Below, in pieces: positions 28,701 through 36,823 of a stretch of 51,336 nt of DNA. A program made the position numbers and the translations under genes. Numbering within the stretch: position 1 is the first letter of the stretch; each line of letters opens with the position of its first letter. Origin of the DNA: a virus (Duplodnaviria; Caudoviricetes); IMG/VR virus record IMGVR_UViG_3300022934_000028, positions 1 through 51,336 of that record, one strand, 5' to 3'. The notes below the pieces were generated by a model that was not told where the DNA came from, searched no databases, and was given only the letters and a program-made list of their open reading frames with translations.

Positions 28701-29390
28701 ACTGCTTCATATGTAGAATCCGCACAAACTGCTTCATATGTAGATGGACTAATTTCATTCCCTAATGGACTAGATGTTACTGGTTCATTGTTGATTGATG
28801 GTGATATAAGTGCAAGTGGAACAATTACAGGTAGTGCCTTCTTTGGTGATGGCTCTAATATCACAGGAATAGTAAGCGCACAAACCGCTTCATACATAGA
28901 TGGATTCGTTAACTTTGACCAAGGTATCGTAGTAACAGGTTCATTGATTGCAAGTGGTGGTCTTGCCGGTATTGGTGAACCAAACCCATCATACGATTTA
29001 GATGTTAATGGAATTGTTAGAGCAGACGCATACTATTGGGATACTGCTGCACCACAACAGACTCCATCTGATAGTAGACTCAAAACGAAAGTTACACCAT
29101 TACCACCACAATCTGACAGAATATGTGATGTCAACCTTGTTGAGTTTGAGTGGTCAGAACTAAACGATACTAGACCATCAAGACAAAATCGTACTAAACG
29201 TCAAGGTACAAAAGACGTTGGTGTGATTGCACAAGAACTCCAAGAAATATTCCCAGAACTTGTATCAGAAGATGTTGATGGATACCTGACCGTATCCTAT
29301 GTTGGGTTACTGATACCGTTAATCAAGACCGTACAAGAACAACAAAAACAAATTGATGAATTAAAGAAACTGATATCTGGTGAAGAGTAA
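25758..29390 (+). CDS. Long tail fibre protein with C-terminal intramolecular chaperone (peptidase S74)
   Basis: Repeated GSFTGDGS.LTG.VSSSYA.TASY units. C-terminal SDSRLK...DVGVIAQELQEIFPELV...VSYVGLLIPLIKTVQEQQ. Confidence 0.88.
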   Translation: MASLPDGITLDIPDLRVTITPRSDYIVTIQPVDEYHVVTFDTPTVTRATSVFVDYAQSASYANSAGSAVSASYAEVSATSSYADNFVVAGGVTASGFVGDGSQLTGITAEGTGVSVQDDTVFRGLSQVLNFADGLDVSFVTPTSSISLNRTGSFTGSFSGDGSGLTDIVSASFATTASYVEGTFSGSQVITGQLTASGLNYPSTDGDAYQLFKTDGQGSITLDYADRLALDVKNTSGGLLSKGTPVYITGFQGDGIYQIAAADSSDVTKMPAVGILSETLAENDVGHAVLYGALRGIDTLLYSVGDELFVGVGELTGSAPQHPSLIQKIASVGNSANNGEITILGAGRSNAVSNLGSGQIFYGVENRATTQSLASILSGNAFSYSGSFTGDGSNVTGVVSSSYALTASYVEGAASDWDTLANKPSGLVSSSTQTIANINGQEITPSIISSSGHIVPSTTEIYDLGSTDLRWRDLYLSGSTIYLGSAEISSDNGKVSGSFTGSFTGDASSITGVVSSSFATTASYAENAGVSDWNELTNVPSGLVSSSTQVDYDSIQNVPSGILSASSFTSPSQGTVRATINGVQTDVDTGLQTGDSPQFTNLTLSGDLTVNGTTTYISSSQVDIGDQIITLNANNAAGDGGIYVNDTSTNETGSLLWDVSENYWIGGLLGSESELITLTSLNAKGVVSSSGQVDYTGLSNVPSGIVSSSTQFTDITAPFTGSFSGSFSGDGAALTGLVSSSYALTASYAENGGGGGGVTINNNTDNYLVTATGTSDTLDGEQFLTWDGVKLTVSSSDDSQQQLQIYAGTQTGSIHVNNGTVYFQGTNSDIRIRHSSGGNNDLVYIGTDFYPAPNGTINFGRNNNRWETIYTTDVSASGDVSASTFTGDGSQVTGVVTSSYSNTASYVETAQTASYFIGDISFPSGLEVTGSLLLDGSMSASGDVTASGFIGDGSQITGVVSSSYALTASYVETAQTSSTAQTASYVESAQTASYVDGLISFPNGLDVTGSLLIDGDISASGTITGSAFFGDGSNITGIVSAQTASYIDGFVNFDQGIVVTGSLIASGGLAGIGEPNPSYDLDVNGIVRADAYYWDTAAPQQTPSDSRLKTKVTPLPPQSDRICDVNLVEFEWSELNDTRPSRQNRTKRQGTKDVGVIAQELQEIFPELVSEDVDGYLTVSYVGLLIPLIKTVQEQQKQIDELKKLISGEE

Positions 29391-32300
29391 TGCCTAGAAT
29401 ACTTGGTAAACAAAGTTCTGAAGGGTCTGGTGGAAACTTAACAACCTCTCTGGCAAATAGCTATACAATGCCAGAAGATGGTGTTCTTAATTCACTGACT
29501 TATTATGTAGCCTATGATAATAGTCCTACAAATCGCCCCGGTGATGAAGATATACGTGCCGCTGTATATATTGGTGGAACTTCCGATACTAATCCAAATG
29601 GTGCTGTACTATTAGAAGATTTGGGTGTTTTTGAACTTGATGGAACATATGGTGGAAGTTTTATAACATTTAATACTTCTGGTAGATATGAAATAGCTGC
29701 CGGTACAAGAGTTTGGATTGCAGTAAAGTCCGATGCAACATATGGAATTGGATATAGATTTGAAACTGGTGTGACGGGAGACAGTGTTAGTGGATTTGTA
29801 AGTGACAGTGATGATGAAGTAGCTTGGGAAAGTACAATTTCCTCCGCAGGTACACAAGGTACTACAAATATTACGATGTATATAACTTATACAGCGAGAG
29901 GTGAAACCAAAACTACCAAACCACCAACACCAGAAGTAAAATTGTTTCCAAAATTTGTATCTAGTGCTAGTTTAGATACTGAGGTTTACAATACAGAAAA
30001 AACAATGTCAATTGATATTGGGTCTGGGGAAAATAGAAAACTTATGGTTTTTCTTGGTCATCAAGATGTTAGTAGTACAGACTATTATACCTTAACTTAT
30101 GACCCAAATGGAATAAATTATTCGTTTGATATTTTTACCAGTGTAGAAGCGAATAAACCTACAGATTCTAATTATGAACTTGGTTTGTATTATTACGACA
30201 TACCAGATGGTGAAACCGGAACCAAAGATATAACCTTTACAAACCCCAATAGATGTAGGATTCACGCTCACGTTTATGAAGATTGTGCACCGGGGGTTCC
30301 TACTCAATATAGTCTTGAGTCATACCCCGGTCCATATCCTGTTACAAACGATAACATAACTTCGTCTATTTACGTGAGTGAACCTTCAATGGTGCTCAGT
30401 GCAACTATATTTGAAACTAATGCTGCGGGTCAAGGGATAATAACAGCTTCACATTCAGAAAATACAAGACTCAATGGTCCGGTCACGACCGCCGGTGCAC
30501 AAGCGTTTTCTTTATCTTCTGGAGATTATACAGTAATTTCTGGACCCGTAACTAGTTCATATACTTCTTCTGCCGAATCTGCTGGTGCGAGTGCTCCCGG
30601 CGCGGCCGCCTGTGCTTTAGTTCTATTACAAAACAGAAAAGAAGCATCTGATTTCAAAATCCAACGTGGGGTTGTAGATATAACGGCTATTAGTTCGTCG
30701 GTGTTATTAGCTGGCGTAGATTATGAACCGATTAATTCTAGTAGTGCTTTTGTTAGAATGACCTCTAATCGTTCTATTGGTAGTGGTGGTGAGGCAAATT
30801 TCACGACTGCTCGCCACCAATTTAAAATTTCAGACATAAATAATTTAGAAACTTCATTACAATTTGAAAGTACCGGCACGGCCAAGGACGCTACTATTGA
30901 TTGGGAAATTATAGAATATTCGGGCCCAGTTGGCGGAGACAATGAATTTATAGTAAGACACGTAGAAGACTTAACATTTTCAGATGGTGATGTCACACAA
31001 CAATCATCATCTGTTGTGACTAATATAGAAAATGATAATGATGTTGTTGTGTTTTTGGGTGGGGCTATCCAACTAGATCCCGCCTCGCCCGGGACCGCCG
31101 AACCATGTACATTAGCAGTAACTAGTTGGGATTCAAGTTCACAGCGGGCCTTTGTTGATAAATATCAAGAACAATTTACCGTCAACCGTTCCGCGGAACT
31201 TCAAATAATGGTAGTAGAATTTACAGGGAAAAATTGGAAGGTTCAACGAATACCGGAACACACATTTTCTTCCCGTAACGAAGAAAGTATTTCAATTCCA
31301 GTTGCTATTAGTTCTACTTCATCTGCATTTATACATCCCCAATACAGATATGATTCAAAAGATGGAACTGGTAGTGATCAAAATAAAAATCTTATTGCAA
31401 AAGTTTATTTAAAAGATGTTAACACAATAGAAGCTAAAGTTACGGGAAGTGAAGCAGGAACTCAAGGTAGTGGTTCTGTTGCGGTGTGGTTAATTGAGAA
31501 CACACAAAAACACGGTCAGAAAATGAACGTAACACATTATAGTGAATTTAGAGATAAAGAGTTGTCAACTAACCCAGATATTTTTTCTAGTTCTTTACAA
31601 TCTACTGTTAATATAGATACAACATCTATTATGGGAGAATCTGCTGCAAGAAAAATCGAAAACATGGACGGCAGCGGTTACTACAATTCCTTATTATTTA
31701 GTGTTGGAATTTCATCTTCTGGTCAAGAAGTGGTCATTACTAGAGGAACAGATATTAATGCAATAGATTACACATTCTCAACTGTAGAATGGCCAACCGA
31801 ATATAGAAGTCGAGGATTGAGCATACAATCAGACACCCAATGGTTCTATGATGATTTTAATAGACCAAATCAAAGTATAACTGCTTCTGGTGATTGGGAT
31901 GAGAATACTTTGTATATTTCTGATAACGGAGTAAATTGGTTTATTGAAGATGGTGCTCTGGGTGGTCAAGATTTTGCAGCTCTGAATGGGTTTGCATTTT
32001 TAAATACTGCTTCATATCAGTGGACGAATGACCATTTATCGGAGGTCGTTTATGCTGACATAGGTAGCTTTGATTTTGCTGGTCCTGCAGTCAGACTAAA
32101 TTTTGGACCGGGACACGAAAGTGGTAGTGGATATGTATTATTTCACGATGGTGTTGTAGATGGCGGACGGAGGATTCGGCGTATGGACAATGGTTCATTG
32201 GCTGGCGGGGGGTCATCCGGTAATTTTAGTATTGCCGCCGGTGACAAAGTAAGATTGCAGGCGGTTGGAACCACAATAAGTTGTTATGTTAACGGAAATT

Positions 32301-32449
32301 TAGCAGTTAGTTGGACCGAATCAACATATGAATCTGGTTCGGTTGGAGTTTTTTATAAAAAAGAAGATGTTACTCAAACAAAATTTGATTCATTCTACGC
32401 ACAAAACATAGTATCCGGTCAAACAGGAAAACCATTTAAAATAAGTTAG
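29390..32449 (+). CDS. Large beta-rich multidomain virion/adhesin protein
   Basis: 1019 aa, Ser/Thr/Gly-rich. Repeated (W/V)xxxE(Y/F/W) strands and a C-terminal lectin-like jelly roll (DDFNRPN...YVNG...GSVG). Confidence 0.6.
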   Translation: MPRILGKQSSEGSGGNLTTSLANSYTMPEDGVLNSLTYYVAYDNSPTNRPGDEDIRAAVYIGGTSDTNPNGAVLLEDLGVFELDGTYGGSFITFNTSGRYEIAAGTRVWIAVKSDATYGIGYRFETGVTGDSVSGFVSDSDDEVAWESTISSAGTQGTTNITMYITYTARGETKTTKPPTPEVKLFPKFVSSASLDTEVYNTEKTMSIDIGSGENRKLMVFLGHQDVSSTDYYTLTYDPNGINYSFDIFTSVEANKPTDSNYELGLYYYDIPDGETGTKDITFTNPNRCRIHAHVYEDCAPGVPTQYSLESYPGPYPVTNDNITSSIYVSEPSMVLSATIFETNAAGQGIITASHSENTRLNGPVTTAGAQAFSLSSGDYTVISGPVTSSYTSSAESAGASAPGAAACALVLLQNRKEASDFKIQRGVVDITAISSSVLLAGVDYEPINSSSAFVRMTSNRSIGSGGEANFTTARHQFKISDINNLETSLQFESTGTAKDATIDWEIIEYSGPVGGDNEFIVRHVEDLTFSDGDVTQQSSSVVTNIENDNDVVVFLGGAIQLDPASPGTAEPCTLAVTSWDSSSQRAFVDKYQEQFTVNRSAELQIMVVEFTGKNWKVQRIPEHTFSSRNEESISIPVAISSTSSAFIHPQYRYDSKDGTGSDQNKNLIAKVYLKDVNTIEAKVTGSEAGTQGSGSVAVWLIENTQKHGQKMNVTHYSEFRDKELSTNPDIFSSSLQSTVNIDTTSIMGESAARKIENMDGSGYYNSLLFSVGISSSGQEVVITRGTDINAIDYTFSTVEWPTEYRSRGLSIQSDTQWFYDDFNRPNQSITASGDWDENTLYISDNGVNWFIEDGALGGQDFAALNGFAFLNTASYQWTNDHLSEVVYADIGSFDFAGPAVRLNFGPGHESGSGYVLFHDGVVDGGRRIRRMDNGSLAGGGSSGNFSIAAGDKVRLQAVGTTISCYVNGNLAVSWTESTYESGSVGVFYKKEDVTQTKFDSFYAQNIVSGQTGKPFKIS

Positions 32450-32491
32450 TAACTATTTATATAAACAAAACAATTTTAGGAGGAATGTAAT

Positions 32492-32863
32492 ATGGCATGG
32501 GGTTCAAAAGTAACAGCTACACAAGTAACTAGTATCACTGATACAAGACAATATTTTGATACAAACATTACACTAAACCCAGGCGAAATCGTACAATGTC
32601 AAGTTTCTGGTACATATGGTGGACCCACAGATGACCTCACGGTTCACGTTGTATCCACATTAGACGATTCCTCTGAGAGTTGGGACACAGTTGACTATCT
32701 ATCATTTGCAATGACCAGTGGTAGTGCTGCTGGAACTTCCGACATTAGGTCTTTCTTAGTTAGTGGTGTATACAAGTTTAGAGTTGGTGTTGAGTCTACA
32801 GGTACAACAGACACCCACCTAACCGCATCATTCTCATACCGTAAAGACGGCGTTAACGCTTAA
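32492..32863 (+). CDS. Small beta-rich virion protein
   Basis: AGGAGG RBS, own TATTTATA motif, 123 aa with a beta-strand pattern. Confidence 0.6.
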   Translation: MAWGSKVTATQVTSITDTRQYFDTNITLNPGEIVQCQVSGTYGGPTDDLTVHVVSTLDDSSESWDTVDYLSFAMTSGSAAGTSDIRSFLVSGVYKFRVGVESTGTTDTHLTASFSYRKDGVNA

Positions 32864-32881
32864 TAATAGGAGGCACAAAAT

Positions 32882-33973
32882 ATGGCCTCTAAACCTTACC
32901 CAAATGTAAATGTGTGGGTTGGTCCAAATCAACAATACACAACATTATCCGCTTCTTTAGCAGATAACGCACAAGATTTAACAGGTAATGGTCCATTCGT
33001 AATTGGTATACGAGAAGCATTTGAAGAGTCGGGTAATAATGATTTACCTAGTCCAGAAGGTTGGACAACCACTCCAGATGATTATTTACACATATGGGTA
33101 CATCCAGATGTTAGACACAAAGGTTTTTGGAATGACGATGCCGTAGATTGTTATAGAAGAACTGCACAGGGCTCGCAGAGTAATCCAATGGGTCAGTTTG
33201 ACGATGTTTCCACACTAACTGGGTTTAAAATAGAAGGTGTTGCTATTAGATTTAATAATTTAAACCCCGGTGGCAGAACTTTACTTGGAATTGGTGTTGG
33301 TAGTGGAATTAATGCAGGTAAATTTACGGTAGATAGCTGTTTATTTGTTGCACATCAACCAACTGCTAGTTTAATTGCAATAGGAACCAGTGGAACTAGT
33401 GCGCCAGGCAAATTTTTTATTAATAATTGTATGTTTTTGGGTCCATTTGGTAGTACTACAAACCAAGCATCAATTTTTGGGAGCCAAGCTGCTAGTGGTG
33501 CTCCATATGCCTATATATACAATTGTACTTTCATTGATAATATTGATTCAGTGAGAGTAGGAGACAGACACGTATTTAAAAATTGTTTGTTTGTTAATAG
33601 CAATCCAAATAATGGTAATTACTCTTCTTCTGGTAGTGTGGATTCACAAAATAATGTTTATAGTATAGAAAGTGCGGTGGGTATAACCGGAAGTAATAAC
33701 GTAGTATTAACTGGTTACCCTATAAGTTCTACACCATCAAAAACAGGTTCATATTATGATGGTCGGTTAGAAGTAGGAGTAAATGACCACCTACGCGTAG
33801 GTGCCAATCTTAGAACCGATTCGGAAAATCCAATATATTTTGATATACTAGGAACGAATCGTGATGACGGAAAACCAAATTATGTAGGTGCACACCATCC
33901 ACAACAAAAAGGTTTCCGTGAATTTCCCGTTGACGAAACAAGTATGGAACGTAAGTATAGGGGGAGACGATGA
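32882..33973 (+). CDS. Parallel beta-helix (pectin-lyase-like) tail-associated protein
   Basis: VGPNQQYTTLSA start. Repeated VDSCLF/INNCMF/IYNCTF/FKNCLF rungs and a C-terminal YVGAH. Confidence 0.65.
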   Translation: MASKPYPNVNVWVGPNQQYTTLSASLADNAQDLTGNGPFVIGIREAFEESGNNDLPSPEGWTTTPDDYLHIWVHPDVRHKGFWNDDAVDCYRRTAQGSQSNPMGQFDDVSTLTGFKIEGVAIRFNNLNPGGRTLLGIGVGSGINAGKFTVDSCLFVAHQPTASLIAIGTSGTSAPGKFFINNCMFLGPFGSTTNQASIFGSQAASGAPYAYIYNCTFIDNIDSVRVGDRHVFKNCLFVNSNPNNGNYSSSGSVDSQNNVYSIESAVGITGSNNVVLTGYPISSTPSKTGSYYDGRLEVGVNDHLRVGANLRTDSENPIYFDILGTNRDDGKPNYVGAHHPQQKGFREFPVDETSMERKYRGRR

Positions 33974-34791
33974 ATATTAAGCCTCCATTGGGAGCAATTT
34001 CCCCAACACAACTATCTTCACGATGGAAACTTCCATTTTGGAGAAGTAAACACGGATATGCTTATTGGATTGGTAGTGGTGGGGGAGAAGGGCCTATACC
34101 TAATTTTGGTACAAACACAGGTATCCGGTTAAATGTTCCTTCTACATTAGGACCAGCTAGAACCCATTTTTCGACAGGGACCGGCAACCAACACGCAGTT
34201 AGAATGAATGGTCGTGATACATCGTGGCTTTTACGTAGTAATAAATGGACAATTGCAGTGCTGGGTATGTTTGATGATTTAACAAGAAATAGTGATTGGA
34301 AAGCTGTGGTTGCACAAGCAGAAGGAATCCTTGATTTTCAGTTAATGGCTCGTGTACGTAACGGAACTCCACCACAAGATATGCAAATTTGGCTTGGTGG
34401 AAGTCAAAAAGGTACTACAGCTTCTGTGGTTGAAGAAAATGTTCCATATCTTTTTGTGTTTAGATGTGACGGAAATGATAATGTATTGTGTGAAATTTGG
34501 GATGTAGAAACAAAAACTTTGGCAGCGGCTACTACAGAAACATTTACAGCAGATGAAACAGTTGTGGGTGTTACTCCACTTCGTGTAGGAGCTTGGAATA
34601 CTGGGGATAGTGATGACGGCTGGGATGGGTATCAATACGCGATATATGTTGATTCTGATAACAGATTAACTGATAACGAAGTCAAGACATTGGTTGAAGA
34701 CCCATTCGGTCCATTCCGTCAATCACCAAGAGGATTTGAGTGGGTAGAACGTAGGCCAACGATTAGAGTTAGAGCGAGGGGAAGGGGATGA
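33970..34791 (+). CDS. ConA/LamG-like putative receptor-binding protein, paralogue 1
   Basis: MNIKPP start, WTIAVLG, LRVGAW..WDG..YAIYV..RLTDNEVKTL, and EDPFGPFRQ. Confidence 0.65.
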   Translation: MNIKPPLGAISPTQLSSRWKLPFWRSKHGYAYWIGSGGGEGPIPNFGTNTGIRLNVPSTLGPARTHFSTGTGNQHAVRMNGRDTSWLLRSNKWTIAVLGMFDDLTRNSDWKAVVAQAEGILDFQLMARVRNGTPPQDMQIWLGGSQKGTTASVVEENVPYLFVFRCDGNDNVLCEIWDVETKTLAAATTETFTADETVVGVTPLRVGAWNTGDSDDGWDGYQYAIYVDSDNRLTDNEVKTLVEDPFGPFRQSPRGFEWVERRPTIRVRARGRG

Positions 34792-35576
34792 ATATTAAAC
34801 CTAGTCTATCTTCTCAGGATTATAATGTAAGGTGGAAAAGTATATTTAAAGCTGTGTTTCCTCTGTGGGGAACCACCCCATTTGATGTATATGGACAAAC
34901 AACTCACGATGGTTCATGGGCGATAACGGGTGGTCCTACTGGGTGGATTCCCGGCGAGATGTTTGTAACACCATTTGGACTTGGATTGGGTCCGTGGAAA
35001 GGCAGCACTACTGCTGACACCGATGGTTCTATTTGGCAGATAAGTAAAAGTTTTGGCCAACTGGGTGGGGGTGATGATTATATAGTTGCAGTTATTTGGA
35101 TTCATTCTGGACAAACAGGACAATATGGTCCCGTTGGTAGTGCCGTTAATATTAATCACCGATTTTGGCCAAACAGATTTGGAAATGATATATTTGGTTC
35201 TATATACGGAACAAACTTTAGTTCTGCTTCTGGACTTAACACAGGAGATATTATTCTTCAAATACATTCAACCACGGGAGCAAATGGTACTGGTTGGTTA
35301 GCGTGGAGAAATTTAACTACAGGATTAACTTACAACCAAACACAATCAGTTGGTTCTGGTGCAATGCCTAATGAAACAAATTTTTTAGCGTCGGGTATTA
35401 ATACAGGCCCCATCCACCCCGGCGGTTCCGTTTTAGCAGTTTATTTTGGTTCGGGAGTCGGTGACCCTTCGTATGTAGCAGATGTTTTAACTGAAGACCC
35501 ATTCGGTCCATTCCGCCAAACAAGAATGCTAACGGAATCAGTTTATCCTCTTAGATACGGAGGTTGGTCACGATGA
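34788..35576 (+). CDS. Putative receptor-binding protein, paralogue 2
   Basis: MNIKPS start and EDPFGPFRQ near the C-terminus. Gly/aromatic beta-rich core. Confidence 0.6.
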   Translation: MNIKPSLSSQDYNVRWKSIFKAVFPLWGTTPFDVYGQTTHDGSWAITGGPTGWIPGEMFVTPFGLGLGPWKGSTTADTDGSIWQISKSFGQLGGGDDYIVAVIWIHSGQTGQYGPVGSAVNINHRFWPNRFGNDIFGSIYGTNFSSASGLNTGDIILQIHSTTGANGTGWLAWRNLTTGLTYNQTQSVGSGAMPNETNFLASGINTGPIHPGGSVLAVYFGSGVGDPSYVADVLTEDPFGPFRQTRMLTESVYPLRYGGWSR

Positions 35577-36481
35577 ATATTAAACCTCCTATGTGGTCGT
35601 GGTCGCCATCTCAAGTATCACCAGAGTGGAGAAGATTGGCCAATGAAGCAATCATTACACCACTCTGGGACGTTGTGCAAAATCAACAGGCTCCGCCAGT
35701 GGATAAAATATCCGTACTAGGACATGACCAAGCTGACCACGATTCAAATTCTGGTGGCAATCAAATGACATTTTTATTAGATTCTCACGGACTCTTTGTA
35801 TCTGGTACCTCTACTGCAGACGGTTTTATAGCATCACCAACCGCTCTTGCAAAAATTAATAGTGCCGATTCTATAACTTTGATTGCATATTGTGCTGCCG
35901 CCGCCGCGGACAATTTTGATGGTATAATGGGCTCCGCGACCGGACAGGGCGCGTGGAGACAATTGCGGTGGGATAATTCTTATAATCCGACCGCTAAATT
36001 TGATATTGATGGTGTTAATTATGCTATTTCCACAACTGGTGTAAGTTTATTAAACAATCCTGCATTAGCTTATGTTCGTTGGCAAACAAGTTCTTCATTA
36101 CAAGTTGGAGCTTTTAGGAATGGAATTAAACTTGGACAAAATCAAACTTCAATATTAACGGGTAGTCTTGATGGTCCTTTAACAAAATATCCACTTGTAG
36201 GTGGTTGTGTTGGCGTTTCTGGATTTTCCGGTAAAATTTATATTACTTATTATGTTCCATACGTTATGACTGATATTGAATTAGCTGCGTTATCTGTTGA
36301 CCCATTCGGGCCAACCCGCCAAGCAAACCGACTATTCTTGCCTGACTTGCCACGTTCTTTTGGTTCCGTGGTCGTGCCTAGTGATACACAAAGACAACCG
36401 ATTACGATTGAATCTTCTGGTCCTACTGATATTACTGTATCACAAGATTCGTCTAAACCTGCATTGGAAATCACCCCTTGA
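35573..36481 (+). CDS. ConA/LamG-like putative receptor-binding protein, paralogue 3
   Basis: ATG at 35573 (GGAGG RBS, ATGA overlap). MNIKPP start, FSGKIY...MTDIELAAL, and VDPFGPTRQ. Confidence 0.62.
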   Translation: MNIKPPMWSWSPSQVSPEWRRLANEAIITPLWDVVQNQQAPPVDKISVLGHDQADHDSNSGGNQMTFLLDSHGLFVSGTSTADGFIASPTALAKINSADSITLIAYCAAAAADNFDGIMGSATGQGAWRQLRWDNSYNPTAKFDIDGVNYAISTTGVSLLNNPALAYVRWQTSSSLQVGAFRNGIKLGQNQTSILTGSLDGPLTKYPLVGGCVGVSGFSGKIYITYYVPYVMTDIELAALSVDPFGPTRQANRLFLPDLPRSFGSVVVPSDTQRQPITIESSGPTDITVSQDSSKPALEITP

Positions 36482-36507
36482 CAAAATAAAACAAACTACT
36501 TATTATA
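36478..36507 (+). promoter_or_regulatory. Sigma70-type promoter overlapping a late-type motif
   Basis: TTGACA (36478-36483), 17-nt spacer, TATTAT (36501-36506). TACTTAT lies at 36497-36503. Confidence 0.7.
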
Positions 36508-36534
36508 AACAGTTATTTACTTAACGGAGGTTAT

Positions 36535-36822
36535 ATGCCTAAGAAAAAAGAAGAAGTACAGGAAGTACAAGAAACTCAACTACCACAACAACCGCAACAG
36601 GTTCAAGTTGAAGTAGTTGACGAACGACCACTACCAAAAGCGTTGGTCACTCTTATTCAAAACAGCAACCGTGAGTTACAATTAACACAACAGAGGTTGA
36701 TGAACGAAATCACCGAATCATCACAGGAACTTATGGATATGTTGTCTCTCAAGCAAGAAGAAGGTTGGCTACTAGACATTGAAGGTTTACGTTTCGTTAG
36801 AGTAGAACAACCAGCAGAGTAA
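36535..36822 (+). CDS. Small coiled-coil protein
   Basis: GGAGG RBS. Gln/Glu-rich, ending GWLLDIEGLRF. Confidence 0.65.
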   Translation: MPKKKEEVQEVQETQLPQQPQQVQVEVVDERPLPKALVTLIQNSNRELQLTQQRLMNEITESSQELMDMLSLKQEEGWLLDIEGLRFVRVEQPAE

Positions 36823-36823
36823 A

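Noticed and set aside
33970-36481. Diversity-generating retroelement or invertase shufflon
   Set aside because: No reverse transcriptase or recombinase in the window, no TR/VR pair differing only at adenines, and all units are in direct orientation.
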